64,000 nt of DNA from Eledone cirrhosa (taxonomy: Eukaryota). Both the position numbers and the translations under genes were made by a program. Each line of letters starts with the position of its first letter. Position 1 is the stretch's first letter. This document shows positions 10,557-23,679 of the stretch, in pieces. The stretch covers positions 238,080,001-238,144,000 of the forward strand of contig OZ024741.1 of assembly GCA_964016885.1 (NCBI GenBank), read 5' to 3'. The notes under the pieces were generated by a model, which saw only the letters and a list, made by a program, of their open reading frames with translations, was not told the origin of the DNA and did no database searches.

Positions 10557-11599
10557 GTCTGGAATTCTTCATCACACTTTAGCAGTATCAATTTCTACAA
10601 AAGACATAAGAAATATTTAAAGTTGAAATATGAGTAAATCATCATGATCGTTATGGTTTTAACAATTTAATTGTTATTAGGAGGTACTGTCCTCCTGGAT
10701 GGGCCAGGGAAACTTACTTGTTACTAATGTTCCACTAGTCTATTCAAATTTTGTCTTAGTTTTTATAGTTGGATGCCTTCCCTAACATCAACTATTCTAC
10801 AGTGTATCCTGATAAAATGCTTTTAGCAACAATAGTAGCGAGGTTACCATGTCACTAACTAAAGAGTCCTGTCTAGCCTACATTATTTATTTGTGCCTAA
10901 CGTAGAAACAATTATTTACTTTCAATAGTCAACCCTTTTTCAGAGTTTATTTATTGCATTTTATAATAGCACCAGTATTGAAGAGGTTGTCAAGTCCTCA
11001 ACAAGACTAAAGAGTCCTCCCAATTTTACATTGTCTCCATTTGCTCATCAGTTACTTTACATGACAAGGTACCTCTTCACTCCATGTGGTTTCCATCATT
11101 TCAAGGCAAATGTAACAGAGATGGTGTTTGAAGTGTGTATGTTTGTGTGTAAGGGTAGAAGATGATAACCTAGAGTTGAATGTAGATAAGCTAGAGTGTG
11201 AAAGTGACAGTAATGGGTAGGAGGTTGAATAAGAAAACAGTATGAGCAATGCCAATAGGAATGAGTCATGATATGAAAGAGTGAATAATGGGTTTCACAG
11301 AGAACAAAGTGACAGATTTCAGTCATATGGTTCTTATGGAATTAGGAGAAGTTAAGCTCTGAATTTTTGCAAATAATGGGTGAAGTAGGAGAGGAAAGCA
11401 GTTCTATGAAGAAGGTGGCAATAGAAAATTATATGAATATGTTCATATCTGTTGCCAGGTATGGGTGATTAAGACAATAGTAGCAACAGCAGTAGCAGTA
11501 GTAATAATGAGGAATAGGAAACTAGTAGAGAACAGGGGCTGAAGAGATCTCTGGTAACCCACAGAAAAGTGGCAGTGATAGTTTGTCCAGTGAAAGAAA

Positions 11600-13690
11600 T
11601 AGAGATGATTTTTCAGAGTAGACCAAATGAGATTTTACCAAGAAATAAATGGAGTGTGTACAGATGAAGTGATGATACCAGATAGCAATGAAAGTCAAAA
11701 GTTTGAAGACACATTTGGAGTAAAGAGAAAGTACACAAGAAAAACGCTAAATGGTTACAAGAACTGTAATAAACAACAGTTTGCCCACAACAGAACTAGA
11801 TAATTCACTAAGGGATATGAAGGAAGTCAGAAAATTAGCAATTGGAAGTCTCCAGGACCAGACAGAATTCAAGGCTACTGGATCAAAAGATTTAGTGAAT
11901 GCCATGTACAAATAGCTGAACAATTCAACACATTGTTAAATGCTGGCCAAGTAATACTAGAGTGGCTGTCAAAGAGGAGGACAGTTCTGTCCTTGAAAGA
12001 CATCAGAAAAGAAACAACTACACACTGATATTATGCTTACTACATATGTGGAAGTTATTCACTGGAATAATCGCTGAGTCAATGTAGAAGTATCCTGAAG
12101 AAAATGGAGTTTTATCAGACAAGGTACCAAGGACCAATATTTGATATCAAAACAATATTTAGTGATTACAAGAGGAAGAAAACCAACTTGGCCATGTCGT
12201 GAATTGATCACCGGAAAGCCTATAATATGATCCCACATTCTAGGACCATGGAATGTGTGAACCTATTTGGTTTATTAGAAAAAGTATGGAGAAGCAGAAA
12301 ACAAAACTGACAGCATGTTAAAGAAGCTTAGAGTGTGTTTGGATTCAAAGGTTGCCAACAAAAGGTTAACCATTTAAGGACAACCTCAAGCTTTATGATA
12401 AGGATGAATCCCAGGTCAGTTCCTTCGTTGTTATGGTGTATATGTTTAGTGCTGACGTCAGAATGGAGTTTGGATTGAAAAAGTGAGGTGTGTTAGGTTT
12501 GAACAGTAACAAAATTAAACACATGGAGAGGTTGGTGTTGCCATTGGGGAGGTCATGAAGCAAATAGAAGAGGAAATTATACACACTTAGGGATACTGGA
12601 AATGGACAAAGTAATGGAGGAGGAAATGAAAGAAAAAGTTAAGGAGGAATACTTGTGCAGACTTGTCCTCATCTTGAAATTGAATAGACAGAATAGATAG
12701 AAGCTATCAACCCAGAGGCAGTCTCAGCCTTTAGGTATGGAACAGCGATGGTACGTGGGCAGTAGAAACACTAAACAGCTTAGATCAAAAGACATTGACT
12801 TGGCATGGAGTATTTCATCCAAAGAGTGATACAAACAGATTATATGTACCAAGAAAAAGACGAGGAAGAGATCTGATTGAGTTCGAAGACAGCATAAGAG
12901 CAAGCAGAAGAAAACAACATGGCAGGTTACCGAAAAATGCCACAGAACTGCTAGTGGTGGAAGTAAGAAGGTCAGGGTTGTGCAAAACTGAAGATTGAAA
13001 AGATAAAACACAGTACAAGTATTTGAAGATGGATAAAACTGAAAATAATTTGTGGGTAGGAGTATCAATAATAGTTGGTGCCTTAGAAACTGTAAGTAGA
13101 GATCTTAAAAAGAACATTGAACAAAGAGGGGTTGCAATGTGTGCAGAGCATTTGCAGAAAACAGCACTGCTTGGAACAGCTTGAATACTCTGGATGGTGC
13201 TGAAAAAATAAGGGCTGAAAAAATAAGAGCTGTTCACTGGCAGTAAACAGCTGACATTGTAATACATTTCCAGCATTAGAAGCTGAGTGAAGAAAACAAA
13301 AATAAAAATACCAATACAAAGCAATAGAGAACAGGAATGAGCATGTGGCTTGGAAGGTAATGCAGGAGGATGGGATTATGAATGTTTGACTGGCAGAGTA
13401 ACTGAGCATTGAAAGTGGAGATGACAAGACTGTTTGAAATGAGAGTATAATGTGAAAGTGATACCAGTTGTGATTGGGCATTAGGGTCAATCCCATTGAA
13501 ACTCCAAGTCTTCTTAAAACAGTTGGGAATACCATGCAAGATTGGTGTCATACAAAAATCGGCCTTGCCAGACACTATGCACATTTTAAGGAAAGCATTA
13601 TGTCTGAAGCCCTTGCTGGGATTTGATAGCTGACTAAATACTCCAGTGCTTTTTCCATCTACACTGCAAGACAAAGTAATAATAATGATA
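11600..13690 (+). mobile_element. Decayed R4/Dong-like non-LTR relic with two C-terminal remnants
   Basis: KSPGPDRIQGYWIKRF, TNRLYVPRKRRGRDL, IIVGAL...LQKTALLGTA*IL (~13070-13200) and VIPVVIG...IQKSALPDTMHILRKAL (~13460-13600). Confidence 0.7.
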
Positions 13691-15941
13691 GTGATGGATA
13701 ATGGGGTTGGGTAGGGTGGGCTATTTGATGCTTCCCTCCTTCATTACTCAGTCAACATGATGTAAAGTGTATTATGGTGGTATTATAGAAGAGAGTGGTA
13801 ACTAAATCCTAACCTTCCCTCTTAAAGCAAGATTTCAATAGTATGAGTTCCCGGTCAGAACCATCCTATGCCATCTTTGTCCTATGTCTTCCTTGGGCTC
13901 TCTCTTCCACAGATTTTGCTAACTTCAAGCACTTGGTACTTTTGCATACAACTGTCTTTCTCCATGTATGTACCATTGTAACTGCCTCTCTTGTACACTA
14001 ACTCTGATTACTCTCATATTCAATTTTCTCTCGGCTACATGTGTTCTGTCATTCACACACACTAATATTACACACCCAGTAGAGTATACATGTTTCATTT
14101 CTTTCTAGCCATCACAAATCTGCATTCAAGCACCATGTCCCACTACCATGAAGCATGGCAGTTCAAATAAAAGCCTTATACAATGTATAAAAATGTGAAG
14201 CACTTTATTGCCAGCAGAGGTAACAAATCCTGATTTTATTCCCCTCTGTAGTCACTTAGGCTAAGCTTTCAGTACACCCCACCCCACTGTTAATGAGGTT
14301 ACCTAAACAGAAGCAGCTATCAACTACTTCTAGTGAATCTTCTGAATATCTGAGGGAGCTTATTTCATAAAGAATGAGTAATGTTGTTGTTGACTTCTGT
14401 ACATCTATCACATACAGCAATATATTCATCCACAAGGTTCTCTATAACCCACCTGAGCCTAATGTAGGCTGTGAATATTAGATGGTACAGATTGTTTGGG
14501 TTAACAATGGCCTCACTGTCATCAATACACAGCTTACCAACATGACTAAGACAATATCAAATGTAGTTGAACCAACATGAGGAAGGACTTTTCCTTCAAC
14601 AACACCATCTCACATATGTTTGGATTATATTGGAACTAAACAGAGGTGTATGGGTCAAAATAGTAAGTTCATCATGATTCAGCACACTTCACAATAATAA
14701 GTACACATGAATGAAAGTTACACAGCATCTTGGCCTCCATGTATAGACCACATAAATGCCGCTGTTTTGTATCACAGAGCAAGGTTTTTCCGAAAAGGGT
14801 TAAGGTGATGTAATTCATTCATCTAGGATATGAGGTGTTGTATTACATTCTTCAGTGTCAACCATGATGCTTTGGTCATAAACCTAGGTGTTGCCACATG
14901 CAATTCAGGAGAGTAAACTGATTAAATACCAGCCATTAATGGTCAAATTCCATTTCACACTAGCTACTGTTAAGACCTCCAATGTTCTTGGTTCCTAGAC
15001 TACCGGCTTCTTATGCTAAATTAGAATGAGGGGATCACCATCGAAGAAGGATCCCTTTTGCAGTGGAATGGCTGATAAAATGGATACCAGTGGCTGGTTT
15101 GTTATGCCAAGGCTTTTGACATCTGATATGTAGCTATGATATACTGTTCAACCAACATTTTCTTTTCTGATTGAAAAATTAAATAAATTTCATAATGTTT
15201 AAAAAAAATGTGTAAATGTTATTTATTTCTAAATACACTTTATTAGACTCATGTGAATAATTTTTAATATATCATCTCTTCTGATGTGATAATGGTTACA
15301 TGCCTATGGCTAGATGTGGTAGCTGAATGATACAGGAGGAAAACAAACTGTACTAAAACATGGACATTTCCTACTTGCTTAAATGCTGGATGAAATATAC
15401 TGAAATTGTATTAAACTGCATTTATTGTTGTCAGAGTTAACATATTTTAACAATACACGACAATATCATTAGTTTCTATCTCACAATAAATATAGTAAGA
15501 TATATAAACTACATTATATTCATGAACATTTTTATAATGCTAAATATTCTGTTAGATATCATTAAAGCCAGAGAAAGATTAAGATATAATTACTGAATTA
15601 TTATGACAATAGCTATAAACTATATTAACATGCATTACAAACATTCAGTCTTATTGGCTATCAAACAACATATTCTAATAGTTAAATATATACACCTAGT
15701 TTGAACTGTCACATCAATATTGTATGTAAAATATATAGTAGCAATATATACAGTTTAATATTATAGTGTGTTTTATATGACTCTGATATTACAATATGTA
15801 GTCTATCTAGAGGTAATTGTACTACTACTACTACAGCAGCAGTTGTTGTTGTTAATGGTGGAAGTGATGGCAAGATCCCTCTATTTCACATGAGCCCATT
15901 TCTTGTAGGTGTATATGTGTGTCTATAAATATATATATATA

Positions 15942-16041
15942 CAGGGTATCCCCAAAAATGTTTATACACTTTGATTACCTGTAGAGGCATTATTTATTAG
16001 AATGCTGTTGAAGTGAGTATACATTTTTGGGGGACACCTTG
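15942..16041. mobile_element. 100-bp Tc1/mariner-type MITE (duplicate of 4047-4146)
   Basis: Same TIRs and TA flanks. Confidence 0.75.
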
Positions 16042-16063
16042 TATATATATTTATATATATATA

Positions 16064-16470
16064 TCTGAGTCTCTCTCCACGTATTGACCTGCTGATAGGT
16101 GGTATATTGCCATAGAGATCCTTATTTGTTGGGTGTTCCCTCCAAGAAACGTTTAAAGCAGCGCGGAGCATACGTGTGTATGCCCCGTCTAGCTTTTTCT
16201 CCAGTTTCGACGTTAGCGTCAATACGTGGACAGAGACTCAGATTTGCTGGCCACTGTTGGCGCAGCAAGGAAGAAATAGCAGGTGATGTGTTGTTATGGA
16301 GTCCATCTTATGGAGCAAGAAACGCTGGTCGTCCCAAGAAGACATACGTCAAGCAACTTGAGGACGATACTGGATGCACTGCGGAAGAACTGGCAAACGC
16401 TATGAGAGACAGAGATGGATGGAGGAAACGTGTCGTAGAAAGCCGAGCAAGCTGGACCTGATGATGGTGA
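16064..16470 (+). mobile_element. 5'-inverted RTE-like LINE 3' end (duplicate of 4169-4575)
   Basis: ORF-track pieces 15962..16222(-) and 16099..16461(+) are consecutive parts of one LINE C-terminus. Confidence 0.8.
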
Positions 16471-16801
16471 TATATATATATATATATATATCATAATTAT
16501 CATTTAATGGCTGTTTTCTCATACATATATATATAGCACACATTTTTAATTTTGTGCTTAGCCTGTTTCACTATAAACATATCATCATTCTCATCACCTT
16601 TTAGTGATAAGGCTGATGTGTTTATAATGAAACACAGGCTAAAGACAATATAAATGTTATGATTATGAACAAGACGGAGACAAAGGGAAAAAGAGAGAGA
16701 TAGGTATATAGATAGACAGATAAATAGAGAGATAGACAGACAGATAGATAGAGAGGGAGAGAGATAGATAGAGAGAGAGAGATAGAGCAAGAGAGACTTA
16801 C

Positions 16802-17175
16802 CTTCATTGTTTAATCCTTATCCTTCACTGTAGTAACATGTAATGGATGATGTGTATCCTGCTGTAGTGTTCCAGTATGACAGCTGCTACTGCTGTAGTT
16901 GTGTTATAGTGTAACTGCTGCTACTGTAGTGTCCCATAATAATTGCTTCACTGCTGTAGTGTTTCAGTGTAACTGCTGCTGCTGCTATGGTGTTCCTGTG
17001 TAACTGCTGATATTGCTGTGTCCCTGTGTAACTGCTGGTGTGACTGTAGCTATATGTAGTGGGAGGAGGGATGTTAACTAGATGGTGTTGTGTGAGTTAT
17101 ATCCCTATATCTTCCACACACACAAAAGTGTGTATTATGAACAAAGAAAAAAGCTATCAGCCTCATTTTGAATAT
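16802..17175 (-). other. Putative leader exon of protocadherin gene 1
   Basis: CAATGAAG|GTAAG donor; would splice over 6207 nt to the acceptor at 10595. 5' end estimated. Confidence 0.65.
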
Positions 17176-17270
17176 TGAAAGAAATATATAAAATCTTCCT
17201 TAACCAATAGGAAATTACTGCAATGTTGTCTGTGTAACAGAAACACAGGAAATAATAGAATCCATGTCAA
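17138..17270 (-). promoter_or_regulatory. Conserved putative promoter block, gene 1
   Basis: CCAAT at 17204-17208 within the conserved block. Confidence 0.45.
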
Positions 17271-17978
17271 ACAGAAATAGTTTGATAGTTTATGTTATAA
17301 TACTAATTCAAGTTAAATTTAATGACAATAATCCAGAATTCTTTACTTTGCAGCTAATTATTTTAAAATTATAAAACTATTTTTTATTATATTTTAATAT
17401 TAAAATGAATTATTATAATTAATTACATATTTTAAGATATAGCTGTTTATATTTCATGTATTATCTCTTTTTAACAGAAATGCCAAACTCCTAGCTTTTG
17501 ATACAATTTACTCTAACTTGTAGTTAAATATTAACGTTGCTCTCCTATTTCTAAATGTTATAATGCAGTAAAGGAATTATATTATATTTCTTGAAATTTT
17601 TCTATATAGTCTTATATCTAAGTTAAACAATATTGTGTAAAACATCCATTAAATGATTCACAATCTAAATAGTTTCATGATCAAAATAGGAAAATTATAA
17701 ATATATTTAAAAAAATGAATGTTAAAATGGAAATTAAAAGATTTAATAAAAATAAACAAAACATATTTTAAACTATAATAATATTATAGTGTACTATATT
17801 TATATTATTTAAGTGTCTGAGGTGTAAATTAGGGGACATAGTATATGACACTGCAGGTAAGACATTTTGTGTAATGATGGGGAAGTAGTTATAGGTTTGA
17901 TATTCTTATATCAATATAAAGTATTCTATAAGGTTTGGTGTGTGAGAGAATCATTTAACAATAGTGATGGGACATCTA

Positions 17979-18058
17979 CTATGTTGGCTGTAAATAGGTA
18001 TCTTGTACTTGTTGTCCCTTTTGTATTGTGGCTGGAACTGGATTGTCATTGGTATATT
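17979..18058 (-). CDS. Pcdh: Protocadherin gene 2, terminal coding exon
   Basis: ttttccag| acceptor, (E)YTNDNPVPATIQKGQQVQDTYLQPT*. Confidence 0.8.
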
Positions 18059-18127
18059 CTGGAAAATAGAAATTATATTTCAATATAACAACTCTGTAAA
18101 GATAAAAACATTGTTATATTACACTAA

Positions 18128-19403
18128 ACATAACATGGACTAATCAAAAGCCTTAAAGTTAGCTTGTCTAAGACTAAAGTTCTAGTATGTAGAAAGGAAA
18201 ATAGAGTACAGGTGCCCTCTGGGAAATGGCCATGCTCAGTGTGTAGGAAAGGAGTAGGTAGAAATTCCATTCTATGCCCCAAATGCAAACTCTGGGTACA
18301 TAAAAGATGTAGTGGGATCACAGGCAAACTATCTATACTGTAGATTTTATATGTGGCCGATGCTAAGGTGCAATAAGTAGCAAGTGTCCACAGGATACTA
18401 GCTCCTTCTACTGCCCAGATGGTTCTATAGAAATAGTGGACACTTTCTGTTACCTGGATGACAAAATCAGCAGTGGTGGAGGTACTCTGAAAGTACAGTA
18501 GCCAGAGTCAGAACGAGATGGAAAAAGTTCAGAGAATTAATAACAGTGCTGGCCACAAAAGGTTTCTCTCTAAAAATGTAAGGCAGATTGTATGATGTCT
18601 GTATACGAACAGCAATGTTACATGGCAGTGAGACATGGGCATTGTGTGCAGAGGACCTGCGCAGATTGGAAAGGAACGAAACATGCATGCTCCATTGGAA
18701 TGTAATAGTAATATATGCAAACGGCAAAACAAACGAACTAAGTGAGAAATTAGGAATAAGAGGGATCAGATGCTGTTTACTTGAGAGAAGATTATGTTGG
18801 TATGGTCATGTGATGCACATGAAAGACGACAGCTGTATAAAATAGTGCAAGGCGATCAAAATTGATGGAAGTTACGGAGTAGTTGACCCAGAAAAACCTA
18901 GGATAACATGATAAAATCTGACCTTGCACACTTACACCTCTCTAAGACAATGTTATTGGATCGAGATCTTTGGCGCCACACAGTAATACAGAACCCGCCA
19001 TCCCAAAGTTAACCTACAGTCAGTAGGTCACTCTTAACCAAACATACACCCCAACCCACTACCACCAACATCACCCCTTCTCTGGAAAGTAATGTTTGCA
19101 CCACAATATCCAGTCCAAACTAAAGAGGTCATGTAGCTGTCACTACAAAAAAAACAGGGTCCAAGCTGTAAAGTGGTCGTGTAGGCTCCCAGTCCACACT
19201 GTAAATGTGGTTCGTGTTAGGGAAGTGCATCCAGCCATAGAAAACTTGCCAGATACAGTCCTATACGAGTGAGACAGCCACCCGATCAATCTTGCCTCAA
19301 GTCGAGTGGGACAATATCCGTCTAACTCATGTCGTCGTGGAAGATAGACGTTAAATGATGATGATGATGACGTTGACGATGACGATAACGATGATGATGA
19401 TGA
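18128..19403 (+). mobile_element. RTE-clade LINE 3' fragment in the last intron of gene 2
   Basis: Same insertion as 6262-7428; CIRTAMLHGSETW motif; (GAT/GAC)n tail. Confidence 0.85.
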
Positions 19404-19466
19404 TATATATTATCTGATAGTAATAAAAAGAATTACATTTCTATGTTATGTTTAGATAAAAGTTAC

Positions 19467-19614
19467 CTGGTTGTGCAGATATCTCTTCATATGGTTTAGT
19501 CTTGCCAATACTCTTGTAACCTTCTCTGCTTTTTTGTGATGTTAAGGTGTCACTGTTGTAGTTAGACATGCTGAGACTGGTGCGACCTTCATGACTATGG
19601 ATTGAATCACATCT
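19467..19614 (-). CDS. Pcdh: Protocadherin gene 2, second coding exon
   Basis: 148 nt, AG/GT bounded, RCDSIH...PYEEISAQP. Confidence 0.85.
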
Positions 19615-20151
19615 CTGTGGATTAGAAAAGATTTCAGAAACATGATTTTAACTAGAGTAACTTTTTAACATTTATTAGCTAAATTGATCTTTCTATGAAA
19701 CAAGGAAGGAGTAATTTTGTACAATGTCATTAAACATCCACAAAATCAGTAGAAACTGTACATATTGAACAAATAATATTAATATTGTAAACAATGCAAA
19801 AAAAAAAAACATTGATTTTCAATACAAACTGGAGACTGTGTTGAAAACCTTCCACCAAATGACAATATTACTGTGTTCTATTAAATATGATGTAATATGC
19901 CATTTATTCATGTCTCAAATATATGAGGTTGCTCGTATATTTTTAGCAATGATTCTGTAGGATTTCAGTGATGTTTTTATCAAAGAAATATGAGAAATTC
20001 CGTATCAAGTCACAAAATATTGTAGCTTGTAATTTTAAAATGAAAACCAATACTCATCTTCTATTGAAGAGTGAATAATAAAATAACAATAAATTATAAA
20101 TAAAAATTGGCAAAACCAATATAATATCTAACAATTAAATGTAATATTTAC

Positions 20152-22551
20152 CTGAGGAACTGGTGGAAGTCTCCTTTGTGTTGTTGAGAATTTCCACTCA
20201 TCTGGTAGCTGTTCCATCTCTGGATAAAACTGACTTTTAGATTTTATTGTCTGAAGATTTCTGTTAAATATTTCTTCTGCATTTCTCGTTATTGCAACAG
20301 GATTGTTAGTCTGATACAGTAATTGTCTCATCTCAGTTTGGGACAGAAAGTTTGGATTATCTGCTGTTGTAGATGAGTTACTGGTGTGATTAATACATCT
20401 GAAAACACACAGTGTTATTGACACTACAATAGCCACAGATATTATTACAGCTGCTGCTACAATGATAATTACCCAAGTCATATTGAGGTTGTTACCAGAC
20501 TGTAAGTGGACAGCATTCAACATTGGAGATGTATCATTACTAACAAACAGTGTTAGTATGATAACAGTTGTTGCTGATTGAACTGGAGTGCCACCATCTT
20601 TCACTATAAACTGTAGGTCATATGTTCCTGCATCATTTTGGTAAACTGTCCGAGAGAAAGATAAGACACCAGTGTGAGAGTTGACTGTAAACAGGTTTTT
20701 ATCATTAGATCTCAGTATTCCATATGTGAGGAAAGCATTGTTTCCAGTGTCTTTGTCAGAGGCTTTTAGTATTGTGATGTCTTTCTTACTGTGAGGATGG
20801 TAGTGGACATCTAGATTGTAAGGGTCATTAATAGGAAAGGTAAAATAGGGAGCATTATCATTTTTATCTAGAATCTCAATAACAATATTGGCAGTGTCAT
20901 TCAGAGAAGGTGTTCCATTATCTTTGACTAAAACCTGGAATTTATAGATGTCTTTCACTTCCCGATCTATTGATTGTGATGTAGAAATAAATCCATATTT
21001 TGTAAGTTGGAAAGGAATGTTATCATTGTTGTTATCATTAATGATAGAATATGTAAGTTGACCTCCATCTCCAAGATCAGGGTCTGTAGCATTGATGAAG
21101 CCAATAGGGAAGTCAACTTTCTGGTTTTCATAGGTGAGGAATTGGAATGTATCTTTGGTAAAATGTGGCTGTACATCATTGACATCAGTTACTTTGACAG
21201 AGAAATATTTCTTAGTTTCTAGTTGAGGTGATCCCATGTCATGACATACAATAGATACTTTATAGTGGTCTATAGTTTCTCTATCAAGATGTCCCTTAAC
21301 AATCATTTTATATTCTTTAGATTCTATTTTGGCAAGTTTAAATTTATCATGTTTTAAATCACAGCTAACCTCACTATTAGGTCCAACATCAGTGTCAGTG
21401 ACCATAACATAAGCTATAAAACTACCAATTTTACTTGCTTCTGAAACTGCTGTGGAACTTTCTGTTAAAGGTGATACAAAATCTATATTTATCACTGGAG
21501 CATTATTTTGGTTATTGATTACATGAATTTGAACTGCAGTTACTGAACTCAAAGGAGGTTTTCCTTCATCACGTGCATCAATAAATAATTTATAAGATTT
21601 CATCTTACTAAAGCTAAAATTATCATGTAAAAATATCTCTCCAGTTTTCTTATTCAATACAAAATATTTCTGGGAATTTCGAGATGTTTTATGGTTGAAT
21701 TGATAAGAAATCTTTCCATTGTCTCCAGAATCTAGATCTGTGGCTTTTAATGTAAGAATTGGTAAATGTCTTTGATGTGAATTATTTATAGATATGTTGT
21801 AGACTTTCTGTGAAAATACAGGTGTGTTATCATTAACATCTGTCACAGCTATGTGTACTTTGAGGGTAGCTGTTTGGGGAGGGTTCCCTCCATCTTTGGC
21901 TTCAAGTGTCAACATATATGAGTCTTTTATTTCCCTGTCTAATTTGCCTTCTAAAGATAATTCAGGTATGAAGACTCCATCATGTTGCCTTGTGACAGAG
22001 AGGGCAAATGGTTCTCTCTTACCTTTCTTGACCATGTACATAAGGTGAGAATTTTTTATTGAAATATCTTGATCAATGGCATTTGGAAGAGAGATTTTTG
22101 CTCCTTTTGTGTCTCTCTCGAAAAATTCAATTTTAACTTCATTGTCTGGAAATTCTGGAGAATGGTCATTGATGTCTTCTATAACTATTTTTATCTTCAA
22201 TATCTTCATAAATGTTTCTGCTTTCCTCACTGCAAATTTGACAATTCTGGAACATTCCTTGTTATATGTACACAGTGATTCAGCATCCAGTGTCTGTGTA
22301 GTGTATAGTTTTCCTGTGTTGGTGACATTGAATAAGTAAGAACCGCTTGACACCGTCCTTTGTAGTTGTGTAAATGTAATGAGAGTGTGTTGTTGATGTG
22401 TAAGAGAGTGTGTTAAGTTGGAATCAACAGCAATGTCTCCTATATAGGTGTGAGGACTGTCTTCTTCATTGACATGGTATGTAATGTCTATAGACAGTAC
22501 AAGGGTCATCAGTAAATGTAGTAGACAGAGTAGACCAATATATGTTGTCAT
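20152..22551 (-). CDS. Pcdh: Protocadherin gene 2, large coding exon (800 codons, ~875 aa spliced)
   Basis: Six cadherin repeats plus TM; donor CAG|GTAAAT after PPVPQ; acceptor 38 nt before ATG. Confidence 0.95.
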
Positions 22552-22934
22552 GTCTGGAATTCTTCATCACACTTTAGCAGTAGAAATTTCTACAAAAGAC
22601 AAGAAATATTTTAAGTTGAAATATGAGTAAATCATCATGATCATTATGGTTTTTACATCCACTTTCCATACAGACATGGCTTACGTGGGCTGTTTTACTC
22701 CAATTTAATTGTTATTAGGAGGTACTTTCCTCCTGGATGGGTCAGAGAAACTTACTTGTTACTAATGTTCCACTAGTCTATTCAAATTTTGTCTTAGTTT
22801 TTATAGTTGGATGTCTTCCCTAACATCAATTATTCTACAGTGTGTCCTGATAAAATGCTTGTAGCAACAGTAGTAGCGAGGTTGCCATGTTACTAACTAA
22901 AGAGTCCTGTCTATCCTACATTATTTACTTTCAA

Positions 22935-23300
22935 GGGCGGTGGATTGGCAGTATCGGTAGAGAGTCGGACGCCATACTTTCCAGCATAGTTACGTCCCTT
23001 TACGATCTGAGTTCAAATCCCGCCGAGGTTGACTTTGCCTTTCATCCTTACGGGGTCGATAAAATAAAGTACCAGTAATGCACTGGGTAATTGCTGGCCT
23101 TGTGCCTAAAGTAGAAACAATTATTTACTTTCAAGGGCAGTGGATTGGCAGTATCGGTAGAGGATCGGACGCTATGCTTTGACGCATAGAGTTACGGCTC
23201 TTGCCATGTTGAGTTCGAATCCCTTATGGGGTCGATAAAATAAAGTACCGGTAATGCACTGGGTAATTGCTGGCCTTGTGCCAAAAAGTAGAAACAATTA
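22935..23300 (+). mobile_element. Two tandem tRNA-derived SINEs
   Basis: A-box-like TGGCAGTATCGG, B-box GTTCAAATCCC/GTTCGAATCCC, core GCCTTTCATCCTTACGGGGTCGATAAAATAAAGTACCAG; separated and flanked by ATTATTTACTTTCAA. Confidence 0.8.
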
Positions 23301-23679
23301 TTTACTTTCAATAGTCAACCCTTTTTCAGAGTTTATTTATTGCATTTTATATTAGCACCAGTATTGAAGAGGTTGTCAAGTCCTCAACAAGACTAAAGAG
23401 TCCTCCCAATCTTACATTGTCTCCATTTACATGACAAGGTACCTCTTCACTCCATGTGGTTTCCAGTATTTCAAGGCAAATGGTGCTTAAAGTGTGTATG
23501 TTGTATGTAAGGGCGGAAGATGATAACCTAGAGTTAGATAAGCTAGAGTGTGAAGGTGACAGTAATGGGTAGGAGGTTGAATAAGAAAACAGTATGAACA
23601 ATGTCAATAGGAATGAGTCATGATATGAAAGAGTGAATAATGGGTTTCACAGAGAAAGTGACAGATTTCATTCATACAG

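Noticed and set aside
12724-13674. Several 114-169 aa minus-strand ORFs, duplicated at 24379-25329
   Set aside because: Antisense to a purine-rich LINE relic; not credible genes.
16500-16807. MKVSLSCSISLSLS... ORFs (also 4726, 27820, 37258)
   Set aside because: Translation of the intronic microsatellite; only the first ATG AAG is exonic.
22935-23025. tRNA-like A/B boxes
   Set aside because: These are SINE heads with core, tail and TSD; no complete cloverleaf.
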